Virus record (IMG/VR): IMGVR_UViG_3300045988_126112 | Span: 160,001-224,000 of that record | Direction: 5' to 3' (one strand) | DNA length: 64,000 nt | Source of the DNA: a virus | Part shown: positions 56,723 to 64,000 of the stretch, in pieces | Position numbering within the stretch: the first letter of the stretch is position 1 | Layout: each line of letters begins with the position of its first letter | Made by a program: the position numbers and the translations under genes | The notes under the pieces: generated by a model | What the model saw: the letters and a program-made list of their open reading frames with translations, nothing else | What the model was told of the DNA's origin: nothing | Database searches by the model: none

Positions 56723-56753
56723 AAGCCCAGGAGTACTCCTGGGTTTATTTTTT
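56723..56753 (+). terminator. intrinsic terminator
   Basis: GCCCAGGAG-ta-CTCCTGGGT + TTATTTTTT. Confidence 0.75.
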
Positions 56754-56783
56754 CTATGTTACTGTGTAAAACTTAGTATATAT

Positions 56784-56925
56784 GATTATATATTATAAAT
56801 ATGACATAGATATGATATACAATAAAATTAAAAAGGTAAATCATATCATAAAGATATGAAGCTGATGTCTATGTTACTATATGAGATTTCCCATCTTATA
56901 TAGTCAGCAAGAAAGAGGAATTATT
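56784..56925 (+). promoter_or_regulatory. promoter + ~125-nt structured leader, copy A
   Basis: Near-identical to 57430-57573; hairpins TCATATC-ataaa-GATATGA and ACTATATGAGAT-ttccc-ATCTTATATAGT. Confidence 0.6.
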
Positions 56926-57348
56926 ATGAAATCATTAATAAATAAACAATTAGAAAGTATTCTATACAATGCAGTAAAATCTGTTAAAGAAGATTTAGAA
57001 GAAAATTTAAAACCTTCTTTAATAGGAAGAGTTATATTAGCATGCTCATTTATAGATGACCCTATCTATGAAAGAGAAGTTGTAGATATAGGAATGTCAA
57101 CTGTAGTATTTGATAATGGTGATGTTGTATCATATCATGATATAACTCATGAACCAGAATACAATATATTACTTGGTAGCACAAGAGACATTATGGATGT
57201 ATTGACATTAATCTATAGATTACCAAGATATGAAAAAGTTTTTAATGACTACAAAGCTTATTTCTCTAATAAAGAAAATAAAGATAACCAAATATATAGA
57301 TTACTAAAATCCTTAGAAAAGGAAGGTGAAATAGAATTAGGATTTTAA
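56926..57348 (+). CDS. hypothetical protein (paralog of 58020)
   Basis: AAGAGG RBS before ATG 56926; the track extension from 56881 is not conserved in leader copy B (ATG TAA there). Confidence 0.7.
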   Translation: MKSLINKQLESILYNAVKSVKEDLEENLKPSLIGRVILACSFIDDPIYEREVVDIGMSTVVFDNGDVVSYHDITHEPEYNILLGSTRDIMDVLTLIYRLPRYEKVFNDYKAYFSNKENKDNQIYRLLKSLEKEGEIELGF

Positions 57349-57350
57349 TA

Positions 57351-57391
57351 AAAGAGGAGGTAGAGATTAATCTCTGCCTTCTTTATTTTTT
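57351..57391 (+). terminator. intrinsic terminator
   Basis: AAAGAGGAGGTAGAGA-ttaa-TCTCTGCCTTCTTT + T-run. Confidence 0.75.
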
Positions 57392-57429
57392 GTATGTTAC
57401 TCTTAGTATTTGTAAAACTCAATTATTTT

Positions 57430-57573
57430 GATTATATATTATAAATATGACATAGATATGATATACAATAATTTTTAAAAAGGTAAATCATATCTTTATG
57501 ATATGATGCTGATGTCTATGTTACTATGTAAGATTTCCCATCTTATATAGTCAGCAAGAAAGGGGAATATATT
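57430..57573 (+). promoter_or_regulatory. promoter + ~125-nt structured leader, copy B
   Basis: Hairpins TCATATC-tttat-GATATGA and ACTATGTAAGAT-ttccc-ATCTTATATAGT; differences from copy A keep pairing. Confidence 0.6.
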
Positions 57574-57948
57574 ATGAGTACAACATTTAAAAGTAATGAT
57601 AAAGTTATCGAAGCAGTTAAATCATTAGTTGCTAAATGCAACGCAACAGGAGATGTTTCAGTATTACCAGAAAGATGTGACAGAGCCGACGAATTAATTG
57701 AATTAGTAAGACACGGTAATAATTTTGGGTATGACATAAGAAATTATGGATTCGAAGGAGTTGACCTAGTACATGGAGATGGATATCTAACAGATATCAT
57801 AATCCATGAAGAACTATTAGTATTAGATTACAAATTAATTAAACATCTTGAAAAGGAAATAAATGACAGAATGGATATGCTATATAAAGTCAAAGAAGAA
57901 CAAGAAGCTCAATATTGGGCTGATGTTGAAGCAGGACTTTATGATTAA
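57574..57948 (+). CDS. hypothetical protein
   Basis: AAGGGG RBS; 124 aa. Confidence 0.7.
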   Translation: MSTTFKSNDKVIEAVKSLVAKCNATGDVSVLPERCDRADELIELVRHGNNFGYDIRNYGFEGVDLVHGDGYLTDIIIHEELLVLDYKLIKHLEKEINDRMDMLYKVKEEQEAQYWADVEAGLYD

Positions 57949-57952
57949 TAGA

Positions 57953-57985
57953 AAGGACGGAGTTTAATCTCCGTCTTTTTCTTTT
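57953..57985 (+). terminator. intrinsic terminator
   Basis: GACGGAG-tttaat-CTCCGTC + TTTTTCTTTT. Confidence 0.75.
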
Positions 57986-58019
57986 GCAATAAAAAAATAT
58001 TTTTTGGAGGTATTGTATT

Positions 58020-58430
58020 ATGATTAAAAATTTTGAAGAAGAATTATATAGAAAGGTCTTAGAAGTTAAAGACAACTTGTATTATCAAAAACCGCTTAAT
58101 AATGATTTAATAACTAAAGTGGTTTTATCTGTATCTGGGGTGTACCATAAGAGAGATGGTGCTTCAGAAATTAAAGCAGTTCGATATAATTTAGATGACG
58201 ATCTAGTTTTGTTTTCAGATGGATTAGAATATCCATTAAAAGACATTATAAATTTTAGAATAACGCTACCAAAAACATGGTGGTGTATGAATATTTTGAA
58301 GATGATATATCATCTTCCAAATTCTAGTAAGATAAAGACTAAGTATAAAGATGATTTAAATGGACCAGACAGTAGTCCTATGTGTAATTTAATCAGAGAC
58401 TTAGTAGCTAGAAAAATTATACAATTTTAA
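58020..58430 (+). CDS. hypothetical protein (paralog of 56926)
   Basis: GGAGG RBS; shared pattern ..VKEDLEENLKP..VILACS / ..VKDNLYYQKP..VVLSVS and ..LIYRLP / ..MIYHLP. Confidence 0.7.
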   Translation: MIKNFEEELYRKVLEVKDNLYYQKPLNNDLITKVVLSVSGVYHKRDGASEIKAVRYNLDDDLVLFSDGLEYPLKDIINFRITLPKTWWCMNILKMIYHLPNSSKIKTKYKDDLNGPDSSPMCNLIRDLVARKIIQF

Positions 58431-58495
58431 AATAAATAAAGGCGAACCCACCACAATACTCGTCTAAATATAAGGGTGGGAAGAAAGGAGACATT

Positions 58496-58927
58496 ATGTC
58501 TAAATATGTAACTTTACATTCAACTATCACTTCTAGTTCTTTAGCTTTAGCAAAATCTGTAGCCCCTGCACCAGCAGTACCTGCACCAACAGTTTACAGT
58601 ACGCCTTATACTTCTTTAAGCAAATCACCTCACATTAGCATACTTATACACACTCTCAAAAAAGGTGCTGCAGCATCTATGTTACCACATCTAGTTGGGC
58701 ACGCTATAGTTCCTCGTGGCAGTTATACTGGCACATATATAGCTTCAACTGTGGTTCCAGCTGGTATGACTATCATAAGCACCACATCATCAGGTTATAT
58801 AACTTATAGTTATTATGGTGCTTCAGGTGGTTACGGAACTCCAGTTAAAATCAGCGTCTGCACTTCATCAATGAAATTGACAAAATTAATTAAGATGCTG
58901 AAAAGCGGGAGTTATACAATGATGTAG
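58496..58927 (+). CDS. compositionally aberrant S/T/A/G/Y/P-rich basic protein with no Asp or Glu
   Basis: AAGGAG 7 nt before ATG; 143 aa with zero D/E; many G/C-ending codons, unlike neighbours; no competing ORF on either strand. Confidence 0.5.
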   Translation: MSKYVTLHSTITSSSLALAKSVAPAPAVPAPTVYSTPYTSLSKSPHISILIHTLKKGAAASMLPHLVGHAIVPRGSYTGTYIASTVVPAGMTIISTTSSGYITYSYYGASGGYGTPVKISVCTSSMKLTKLIKMLKSGSYTMM

Positions 58928-58983
58928 GTTTCCTTCCTACTAAAAAAAGGAATTATAAAGGAGGTGATATAATGAATAATACC

Positions 58984-59025
58984 AAACGGGGATGATTGAA
59001 AGATCGTTCCCGTTTTTATTTTTTG
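58984..59025 (+). terminator. intrinsic terminator overlapped by a 7-codon mini-ORF (58972-58995)
   Basis: AAACGGGGATGAT-tgaaag-ATCGTTCCCGTTT + T-run; AAAGGAGGTGAT RBS then ATGAATAATACCAAACGGGGATGA. Confidence 0.7.
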
Positions 59026-59049
59026 GTGATTTTTAATTATTTTTTTGAC

Positions 59050-59060
59050 AATATATTATA
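59050..59060 (+). promoter_or_regulatory. early-class promoter-like motif AATATATTATA
   Basis: 22 nt before ATG 59082. Confidence 0.45.
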
Positions 59061-59081
59061 TAAATGAAGGAGGTATAAAAT

Positions 59082-61184
59082 ATGATTAGAAAAGCTAATG
59101 AGCCAGAGCCACTTATAATTAATAAGTATAAGGAAGCTACAATTCCTTTACTTGAAAAATCATTTCCAAACCTTAATTGGATGGAATTAGAGGAAGGAGT
59201 AGATTATTCAGTAAAAAACAGATTAAAAGATTGGGATTGTGTTATAGACAATAACTATCTTATGCAACAAAAACAAATGACAGGGTTACAATTAACTGAT
59301 TATATTATCAGTAGAGAACCAATTATAACAGCTTATGGAGTTATGTTTAAGAAACATGCTGAAGCAATAAATCCATTATCATTAATGATTTCAGGTTTCT
59401 TAGATGACAGGGTAAAAGAGAAAAAAGAAATGTTCAAATATCCAAAAGGTTCAGAGGATTTCGAGAAGCACAACTTAATGCAACAATTATATAAAATTGA
59501 TGCTAATGGAACTTATGGAGCAATAGGACAGCATACGTGTATATTCTATAATTTATATATTTCAAGTACAGTAACTACTCAAGCCAGAAGCTTGATATCA
59601 GCTGCATCGTTACAATTTGAAATGTTCTTAAATAACAACTGTAAGTTTAATTCATTTAATGAAATGGTGACATTTGTTGGAAATATAATGTCTGAAAAAC
59701 CTAGAAGAAGATTTAAAGACTATAATATATTAGACGGAAATGTTACAAGAAAAGATTGTTTTATTAAATTAGTAATGACTTGTGGATTTGATTATATTCC
59801 TACATATGAAGAAATGGATATACTTTGGAATATGTTAATGAATATGGATCAAGAAGATATTAATAGAGTATATTATAAAAATAATCTTTATGAATTTATG
59901 GAAAATTCTTCAATGACAAAAGCAATAGTTACAATATTACAAGATTTAGAATTACCATTCTTAGATCCAAATACACCACCAGATTGTATAAAACCACAAT
60001 TAGAAGTATTGTGCGAATTACTAATGGAATATGTGTATTATGATCATCAAATAATAGATAGATTAGATAAATATAATCAAATGTATAGATCAGTATCAGT
60101 AATAACAGATACCGATTCATCTATTATATCTTTAGATGGATGGTATAATTATATACTTCAAAAAATATGTGGAATAGATATGAAAATAAAACATCAAGAA
60201 GTAGATGCTATATCTTATTTAGATGTATTAGCTAATGATAAAGATACAGAAGAAATTCCATATGAAATAGTAGAAGAAGAAGAATATTCATTCTATGATG
60301 AAGATATGATTGAAACTAAAAGATGTATAGATACAAATAAAGTAATTCCTCAAGATGGATTAAGATATTCTATAATAAATATTATGGCATATTGTTTAGA
60401 TAAAGTAGCTAATGATTATATGGTAAGATATACTGAAAATTCTCATTCAGCTGCTCCAAATAGAAAATGTAAAATGATATTGAAAAATGAATTCTTATTT
60501 AGAAGAGTATTACTTACTTATAATAAAAAGAATTATGCATCTATACAAGAAATACAAGAAGGAAATCAAATACCAGCAGAAGAAGCATTAGATGTAAAAG
60601 GACTTCCAATGAATAAATCTACATTAAATAAAGAAACTAGACGTAGATTAAAAGAAATATTATATGAAGATATATTAAATACACCAGCTATAGATCAAAT
60701 AAAAGTATTAAAATCTTTAGCTAAATTAGAAAAAGATATATATACTTCATTATCTTCAGGAAGTAAAGATTATTATATTCCTTCTAGAATAAAATCAATG
60801 TATTCATATAAAGATCCTGAAACAGTTCAAGGTATAAAAGCTGCAATGGCTTATAATGAACTTAAAGATAGTGATATGGAAGCATTAGATTTGACACAAA
60901 TAAATTCTATAGATATAGTAAAAGTTTTAATAAATTCAAAGACAATAGAACCACTTAAAGAGACTAATCCAGAATTATATGAAAAAATAAGTAATTTATT
61001 AAAATCATCAACTTTCAAAGGAGAAATAACTTCTTTAGCTATACCAATAAATGAAAAGACACCAGAATGGGTACTTGATTTTATAGATTTCAATACCATA
61101 GTTTCAAATAATATAGTATTCCCTATAGAATCATTAGGAATATATGAAGGAAAATGTAATTACACTAATGTAATAAAATTATAA
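59082..61184 (+). CDS. family B DNA polymerase, C-terminal (palm/thumb) fragment
   Basis: YKIDANGTYGAIG (Kx3NSxYG motif B), VITDTDSSII (DTDS motif C), YNKKNYASI (KKRY); no exonuclease motifs or DxxSLYPS. Confidence 0.8.
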   Translation: MIRKANEPEPLIINKYKEATIPLLEKSFPNLNWMELEEGVDYSVKNRLKDWDCVIDNNYLMQQKQMTGLQLTDYIISREPIITAYGVMFKKHAEAINPLSLMISGFLDDRVKEKKEMFKYPKGSEDFEKHNLMQQLYKIDANGTYGAIGQHTCIFYNLYISSTVTTQARSLISAASLQFEMFLNNNCKFNSFNEMVTFVGNIMSEKPRRRFKDYNILDGNVTRKDCFIKLVMTCGFDYIPTYEEMDILWNMLMNMDQEDINRVYYKNNLYEFMENSSMTKAIVTILQDLELPFLDPNTPPDCIKPQLEVLCELLMEYVYYDHQIIDRLDKYNQMYRSVSVITDTDSSIISLDGWYNYILQKICGIDMKIKHQEVDAISYLDVLANDKDTEEIPYEIVEEEEYSFYDEDMIETKRCIDTNKVIPQDGLRYSIINIMAYCLDKVANDYMVRYTENSHSAAPNRKCKMILKNEFLFRRVLLTYNKKNYASIQEIQEGNQIPAEEALDVKGLPMNKSTLNKETRRRLKEILYEDILNTPAIDQIKVLKSLAKLEKDIYTSLSSGSKDYYIPSRIKSMYSYKDPETVQGIKAAMAYNELKDSDMEALDLTQINSIDIVKVLINSKTIEPLKETNPELYEKISNLLKSSTFKGEITSLAIPINEKTPEWVLDFIDFNTIVSNNIVFPIESLGIYEGKCNYTNVIKL

Positions 61185-61227
61185 AAAAATTCACCCATAG
61201 CTTTAAGCTATGGGTGTTTTATTTTTT
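61183..61227. terminator. bidirectional terminator between convergent genes
   Basis: A7-..CACCCATAGC-tttaa-GCTATGGGTG-TTTTATTTTTT. Confidence 0.8.
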
Positions 61228-62068
61228 ATATAGTTAATGCTTGGTTAGCATAAGTTATATTTATAGTTGCTGCATATTGAGCAGATGTAGTTACAGTTAC
61301 AGTATTTTCAGTTGAAGAATAATCTATAAATAATTTTTCTCCAGCTGCAGTTTTTGCAGTTACATCTATTGCATTTTTACCTTTATTATGAGTTATTGTA
61401 CAGCTATATAATCCGTCATCATCTAAAGCCCAATTAGTAGTAGCTACAGTAGTAATTAATGTATCTACTTTAGAAGACCAGTTTTCTGCAGATATTAAAT
61501 CCAATACAGCTTTATTTGCATGTGTATGTTTAGAATCTGATATACCACCACTTCCACCTAAAGCATCATCTAATTCTGATCTAGTAACATATCCTTTATC
61601 ATTGTTTAAAAGAGATATATTATTATTTTTATATATAATAGTACTAGGAACACCTTCTATAGCTCCCCATTTAACTGGTGCATCCCATTTAGTTATTTTA
61701 GCATCAGTTATTTTATTTAATGCTGCTAAATTAGTATGGTCATGTAATTCAGATTGTAATGCATATCCAGCATTATTTGTAAATGCTCCTAAGTCAGTAG
61801 GTTTATTTTTTAATTCATTATAATTACCTGAAGTTGCAACAGAATGTAATCCAGTTATCATTGAAGCTGGATGTGATTCAGGATGGACATAGTAGTTAGC
61901 ATTAGCAGGTATACCAGCTAATTTAGTATGTTCAGCTGCGGACATTAAACCAGCAGCATCATCAGAAACTACTGTTTTTGGTGCTTTATTTTTTTCTAAT
62001 CCATCTAATACTGTTTTTGTATTATCTGGTAGATTTTTTAATTTAAGTAAGACATCTCTTTGTTTCAT
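61226..62068 (-). CDS. tail-fibre-like protein
   Basis: VATSGNYNELKNKPT motif, GGSGG linker, C-terminal module TTNWALDDDGLYSCTITHNKG.. Confidence 0.6.
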   Translation of the reverse strand: MKQRDVLLKLKNLPDNTKTVLDGLEKNKAPKTVVSDDAAGLMSAAEHTKLAGIPANANYYVHPESHPASMITGLHSVATSGNYNELKNKPTDLGAFTNNAGYALQSELHDHTNLAALNKITDAKITKWDAPVKWGAIEGVPSTIIYKNNNISLLNNDKGYVTRSELDDALGGSGGISDSKHTHANKAVLDLISAENWSSKVDTLITTVATTNWALDDDGLYSCTITHNKGKNAIDVTAKTAAGEKLFIDYSSTENTVTVTTSAQYAATINITYANQALTI

Positions 62069-62091
62069 TTATAATTCACTCCTTTATACTT

Positions 62092-62400
62092 TTAATATTT
62101 AATAATCAATTCACCAGCATATTTATCTATTGAATAAATGTATAACGAATTTTTATCCAAAACCTTATAAGATACAAATACATCTTCACCAGCTTCTGAA
62201 TCGACTAATTTTAAATCAATTATATCTTCTTCAGCTAAATTTAGCTTATGAGATATGAAATAATAATATAATCCATCTGTAGATGTAGCCCAAAAAGTTT
62301 TATCTATAGCTTCTTTATGAGTACTAATTGATGAGGATTTATTATTTATTTTTTCTACCAAAGATTGGCTTAATTCATTTTCTGTAATTCTTCCCATCAT
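62092..62400 (-). CDS. small fibre-module protein
   Basis: N-terminus GRITENELSQSLVEKI like 62736; module FWATSTDGLYYYFISHKLN.. Confidence 0.55.
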   Translation of the reverse strand: MMGRITENELSQSLVEKINNKSSSISTHKEAIDKTFWATSTDGLYYYFISHKLNLAEEDIIDLKLVDSEAGEDVFVSYKVLDKNSLYIYSIDKYAGELIIKY

Positions 62401-62418
62401 ATCACCCCACTAATTAGA

Positions 62419-62721
62419 TTAACCTTGTGCATCTGAATTATCTGAAGTATTGAGTGATACATTTTGTACTGTTTGTTTAATTATTTGGTTAGTACCTACA
62501 GCTGTTAAACCACATAGTATACCTTGCATTACAGTACTAATATCAATTGTTTCTTTTGTAGCATAACTCATTCCACAACATATTGCCACTCCAGATACTG
62601 ATAATATTATAGGTATACACCAGTTAGGTATTTTTTTGTGTTTTTTGACACCAACACCTAAAGCATATAGAAGAACTACTACGATATAGTAATCATTACT
62701 AATATACATAGATAGATCCAT
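62419..62721 (-). CDS. three-helix small membrane protein (holin candidate) inside the fibre operon
   Basis: GGAGG 10 nt before ATG 62721; YYIVVVLLYALGVGV, IPNWCIPIILSVSGVAICCG, GILCGLTAVGT; polar tail. Confidence 0.45.
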   Translation of the reverse strand: MDLSMYISNDYYIVVVLLYALGVGVKKHKKIPNWCIPIILSVSGVAICCGMSYATKETIDISTVMQGILCGLTAVGTNQIIKQTVQNVSLNTSDNSDAQG

Positions 62722-62735
62722 ATCTATCACACCTC

Positions 62736-63128
62736 CTATCCTTTAGCTACATTTTTAAATACAATAAGGTTAAATAAACAGTCTGGTGCATCTTCAGATG
62801 CGAACCATTCATTACTAGACATCATATTTATTGTAGTACCTGAAGAATTTATAGTATAATCATAATCTTCTTCTAAATAAGTACTATTTTTAAATACCAT
62901 TAATAAATCTTTTGATGCATTAAAATTAAAACTAGTTGGTATTGTTATTGAACTAGTTCCGTATTTTAATGATATTGAACTTTTTAGATATTTTACTGGG
63001 CTAGCAGTAACAGTACCACCACCTCCACCAGAGCCACCTCCACTAGATGCAACTTCTTCTTTGATCAAATTTTTAAGATATTGTATTAATGAGGCACTTA
63101 ATTCATTTATAGTAATTTTACCTGCCAT
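62736..63128 (-). CDS. small fibre-module protein
   Basis: AAGGGGG RBS before ATG 63128; AGKITINELSASLIQYL, Gly linker SSGGGSGGGGGT. Confidence 0.6.
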   Translation of the reverse strand: MAGKITINELSASLIQYLKNLIKEEVASSGGGSGGGGGTVTASPVKYLKSSISLKYGTSSITIPTSFNFNASKDLLMVFKNSTYLEEDYDYTINSSGTTINMMSSNEWFASEDAPDCLFNLIVFKNVAKG

Positions 63129-63153
63129 TAAAAACACCCCCTTATATAGATAT

Positions 63154-63165
63154 TAATATATTGTT
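63154..63165 (-). promoter_or_regulatory. late-class promoter-like motif AACA-N6-TA
   Basis: Minus strand AACAATATATTA, 26 nt before ATG 63128. Confidence 0.5.
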
Positions 63166-63189
63166 TGATTAAAATATGGGCTAAATCAT

Positions 63190-63201
63190 AACATATATAT
63201 A
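63190..63201 (+). promoter_or_regulatory. late-class promoter-like motif AACA-N6-TA
   Basis: AACATATATATA, 30 nt before TTG 63231. Confidence 0.5.
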
Positions 63202-63230
63202 AATTAATTTAAGAAAGGGGGTTAATTGTC

Positions 63231-63848
63231 TTGACTAGCAACTTACAGAAACTTACTAAATCTCTTCAAATTTATACTGATAATAAATCATTTAATAGTG
63301 TTATACTTTCAGTAAATACATATGAAGAATTGACAACAAATGAAACATTACAAGCTTATGTTTCTGAAGGTATTAAATGCTTTGTAAAATTTGAAAAATG
63401 CTATTATAAGTATACTAAAAATGGATGGGAAAAAGATAAACTATATGAATATTCAGATAATCCACCAAATGATACTAATATGATATGGTATCCTAAACAA
63501 CAATCTATAGTTACGACTCCAGAAGAAAAAGTAAATTTTGAAGTTTTATTACGAACAATAGAAAATCTTGAAAGTAAAATAGATTTACTTGAAGCTAGAG
63601 TTAAATATTTAGAAGAACATGGATCTTCAGGAGGAGGAAGTAGTGGAGGAGATACTCCAAGTGAGGATATTATAAATACAGCTATAATGATAGATACAAA
63701 CACTCCTTTATTAATAGATGAGAATACTATATTATTATTTAATAAAAGTAGCTCTTCTAAACCTGAAGAAAGTATTGAAAATGCTTTGATGATTGATAAA
63801 ACAAATGCATTAAAAATTAATGACAATGAAATATTTTTAATTAAATAA
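63231..63848 (+). CDS. fibre-like protein
   Basis: TTG start 9 nt after AAGGGGG; coiled segment LESKIDLLEARVKYLEE; SSGGGSSGG linker; repeats NTAIMIDTNTPLLIDENTILL / ENALMIDKTNALKINDNEIFL. Confidence 0.6.
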   Translation: MTSNLQKLTKSLQIYTDNKSFNSVILSVNTYEELTTNETLQAYVSEGIKCFVKFEKCYYKYTKNGWEKDKLYEYSDNPPNDTNMIWYPKQQSIVTTPEEKVNFEVLLRTIENLESKIDLLEARVKYLEEHGSSGGGSSGGDTPSEDIINTAIMIDTNTPLLIDENTILLFNKSSSSKPEESIENALMIDKTNALKINDNEIFLIK

Positions 63849-63863
63849 GGAAGGTGAATAATA

Positions 63864-64000
63864 ATGGCAACAATAACAGGAAAAACTATTGAAGAATTAA
63901 ATTCTTCAAATTTTTTAAGTTCAGTAACAGGAAATGAAATAGTACCAGTATATGTAAGAGGTACTGGAACTACAACTTTTCAATTAAAAGCACTTAAAGA
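63864..64000 (+). CDS. fibre-like protein, 3'-truncated by the window end
   Basis: AAGGAAGG RBS; MATITGKTIEELNSS..GNEIVPVYV resembles fibre N-termini. Confidence 0.5.
   Translation, partial: MATITGKTIEELNSSNFLSSVTGNEIVPVYVRGTGTTTFQLKALK

Noticed and set aside
56881-56925. 15-codon N-terminal extension of 56926 (MRFPILYSQQERGII).
   Set aside because: The homologous leader copy B carries ATG TAA at the same place, and the RBS precedes the ATG at 56926.
222-63826. About 35 antisense or alternate-frame ORFs in the supplied track (e.g. 222-488, 1679-2041, 8661-8915, 16758-17144, 36922-37335, 39606-40139, 40197-40493, 47374-47661, 51065-51307, 63404-63826).
   Set aside because: They lie fully inside longer, RBS-preceded genes on the other strand or frame. 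Their products are F/L/I/S-rich mirror images of the K/E/N/D-rich sense proteins, and they lack RBSs. This is typical noise in an AT-rich genome.
1-64000. Search for tRNA or other compact RNA genes, CRISPR arrays, integrase/att sites, a DGR (RT + TR/VR pair), tubulin (GGGTGSG) or chimallin-like genes.
   Set aside because: No cloverleaf-compatible GC-rich 70-90-nt segment. No regularly spaced direct repeats. No reverse-transcriptase or recombinase motifs. The only near-identical repeats are the coding and leader repeats listed above. No tubulin signature.

Overview
AT-rich, densely packed, intron-free segment of a tailed jumbo-type phage of a low-GC Gram-positive host. Nearly every gene has an AGGAGG-type RBS, and most operons end in GC-rich hairpins followed by T-runs. 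I call about 77 protein genes and find no tRNA, rRNA, CRISPR array, integrase or transposase.

Functions readable from motifs:
- Three fragments of phage multisubunit RNA polymerase beta-prime: one N-terminal fragment with NADFDGD, and two different bridge-helix/trigger-loop fragments. This implies two RNAP sets, as in AR9/PBS1- and phiKZ-like phages.
- The C-terminal palm/thumb part of a split family-B DNA polymerase.
- Tail sheath, a possible tail tube and a portal.
- A large set of fibre-like genes built from shared modules.
- Several cell-wall enzymes: SH3b-SH3b-YkuD L,D-transpeptidase fold, SH3b-3D domain, NlpC/P60-like, and lysozyme-like + SGNH.
- A DHH/DHHA1 phosphoesterase.
- An array of Bro-N cassettes, one of them decayed.
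- Helicase-associated-domain proteins.

Two promoter-like motif classes partition the genes. TATATATTATA (17 or more copies) sits before non-structural and accessory genes. AACA-N6-TA sits 24-34 nt before the start codons of structural operons, and matches my recollection of the AR9 late promoter.

Most notable oddities:
- A duplicated, about 145-nt structured leader whose substitutions preserve base pairing.
- Hairpin repeats with compensatory changes flanking the Bro cassettes.
- A G/C-richer ORF encoding a protein with no acidic residues, followed by a 7-codon mini-ORF embedded in a terminator.
- A secreted YkuD-fold enzyme.

All functional calls rest on motifs read by eye. No database search was possible.
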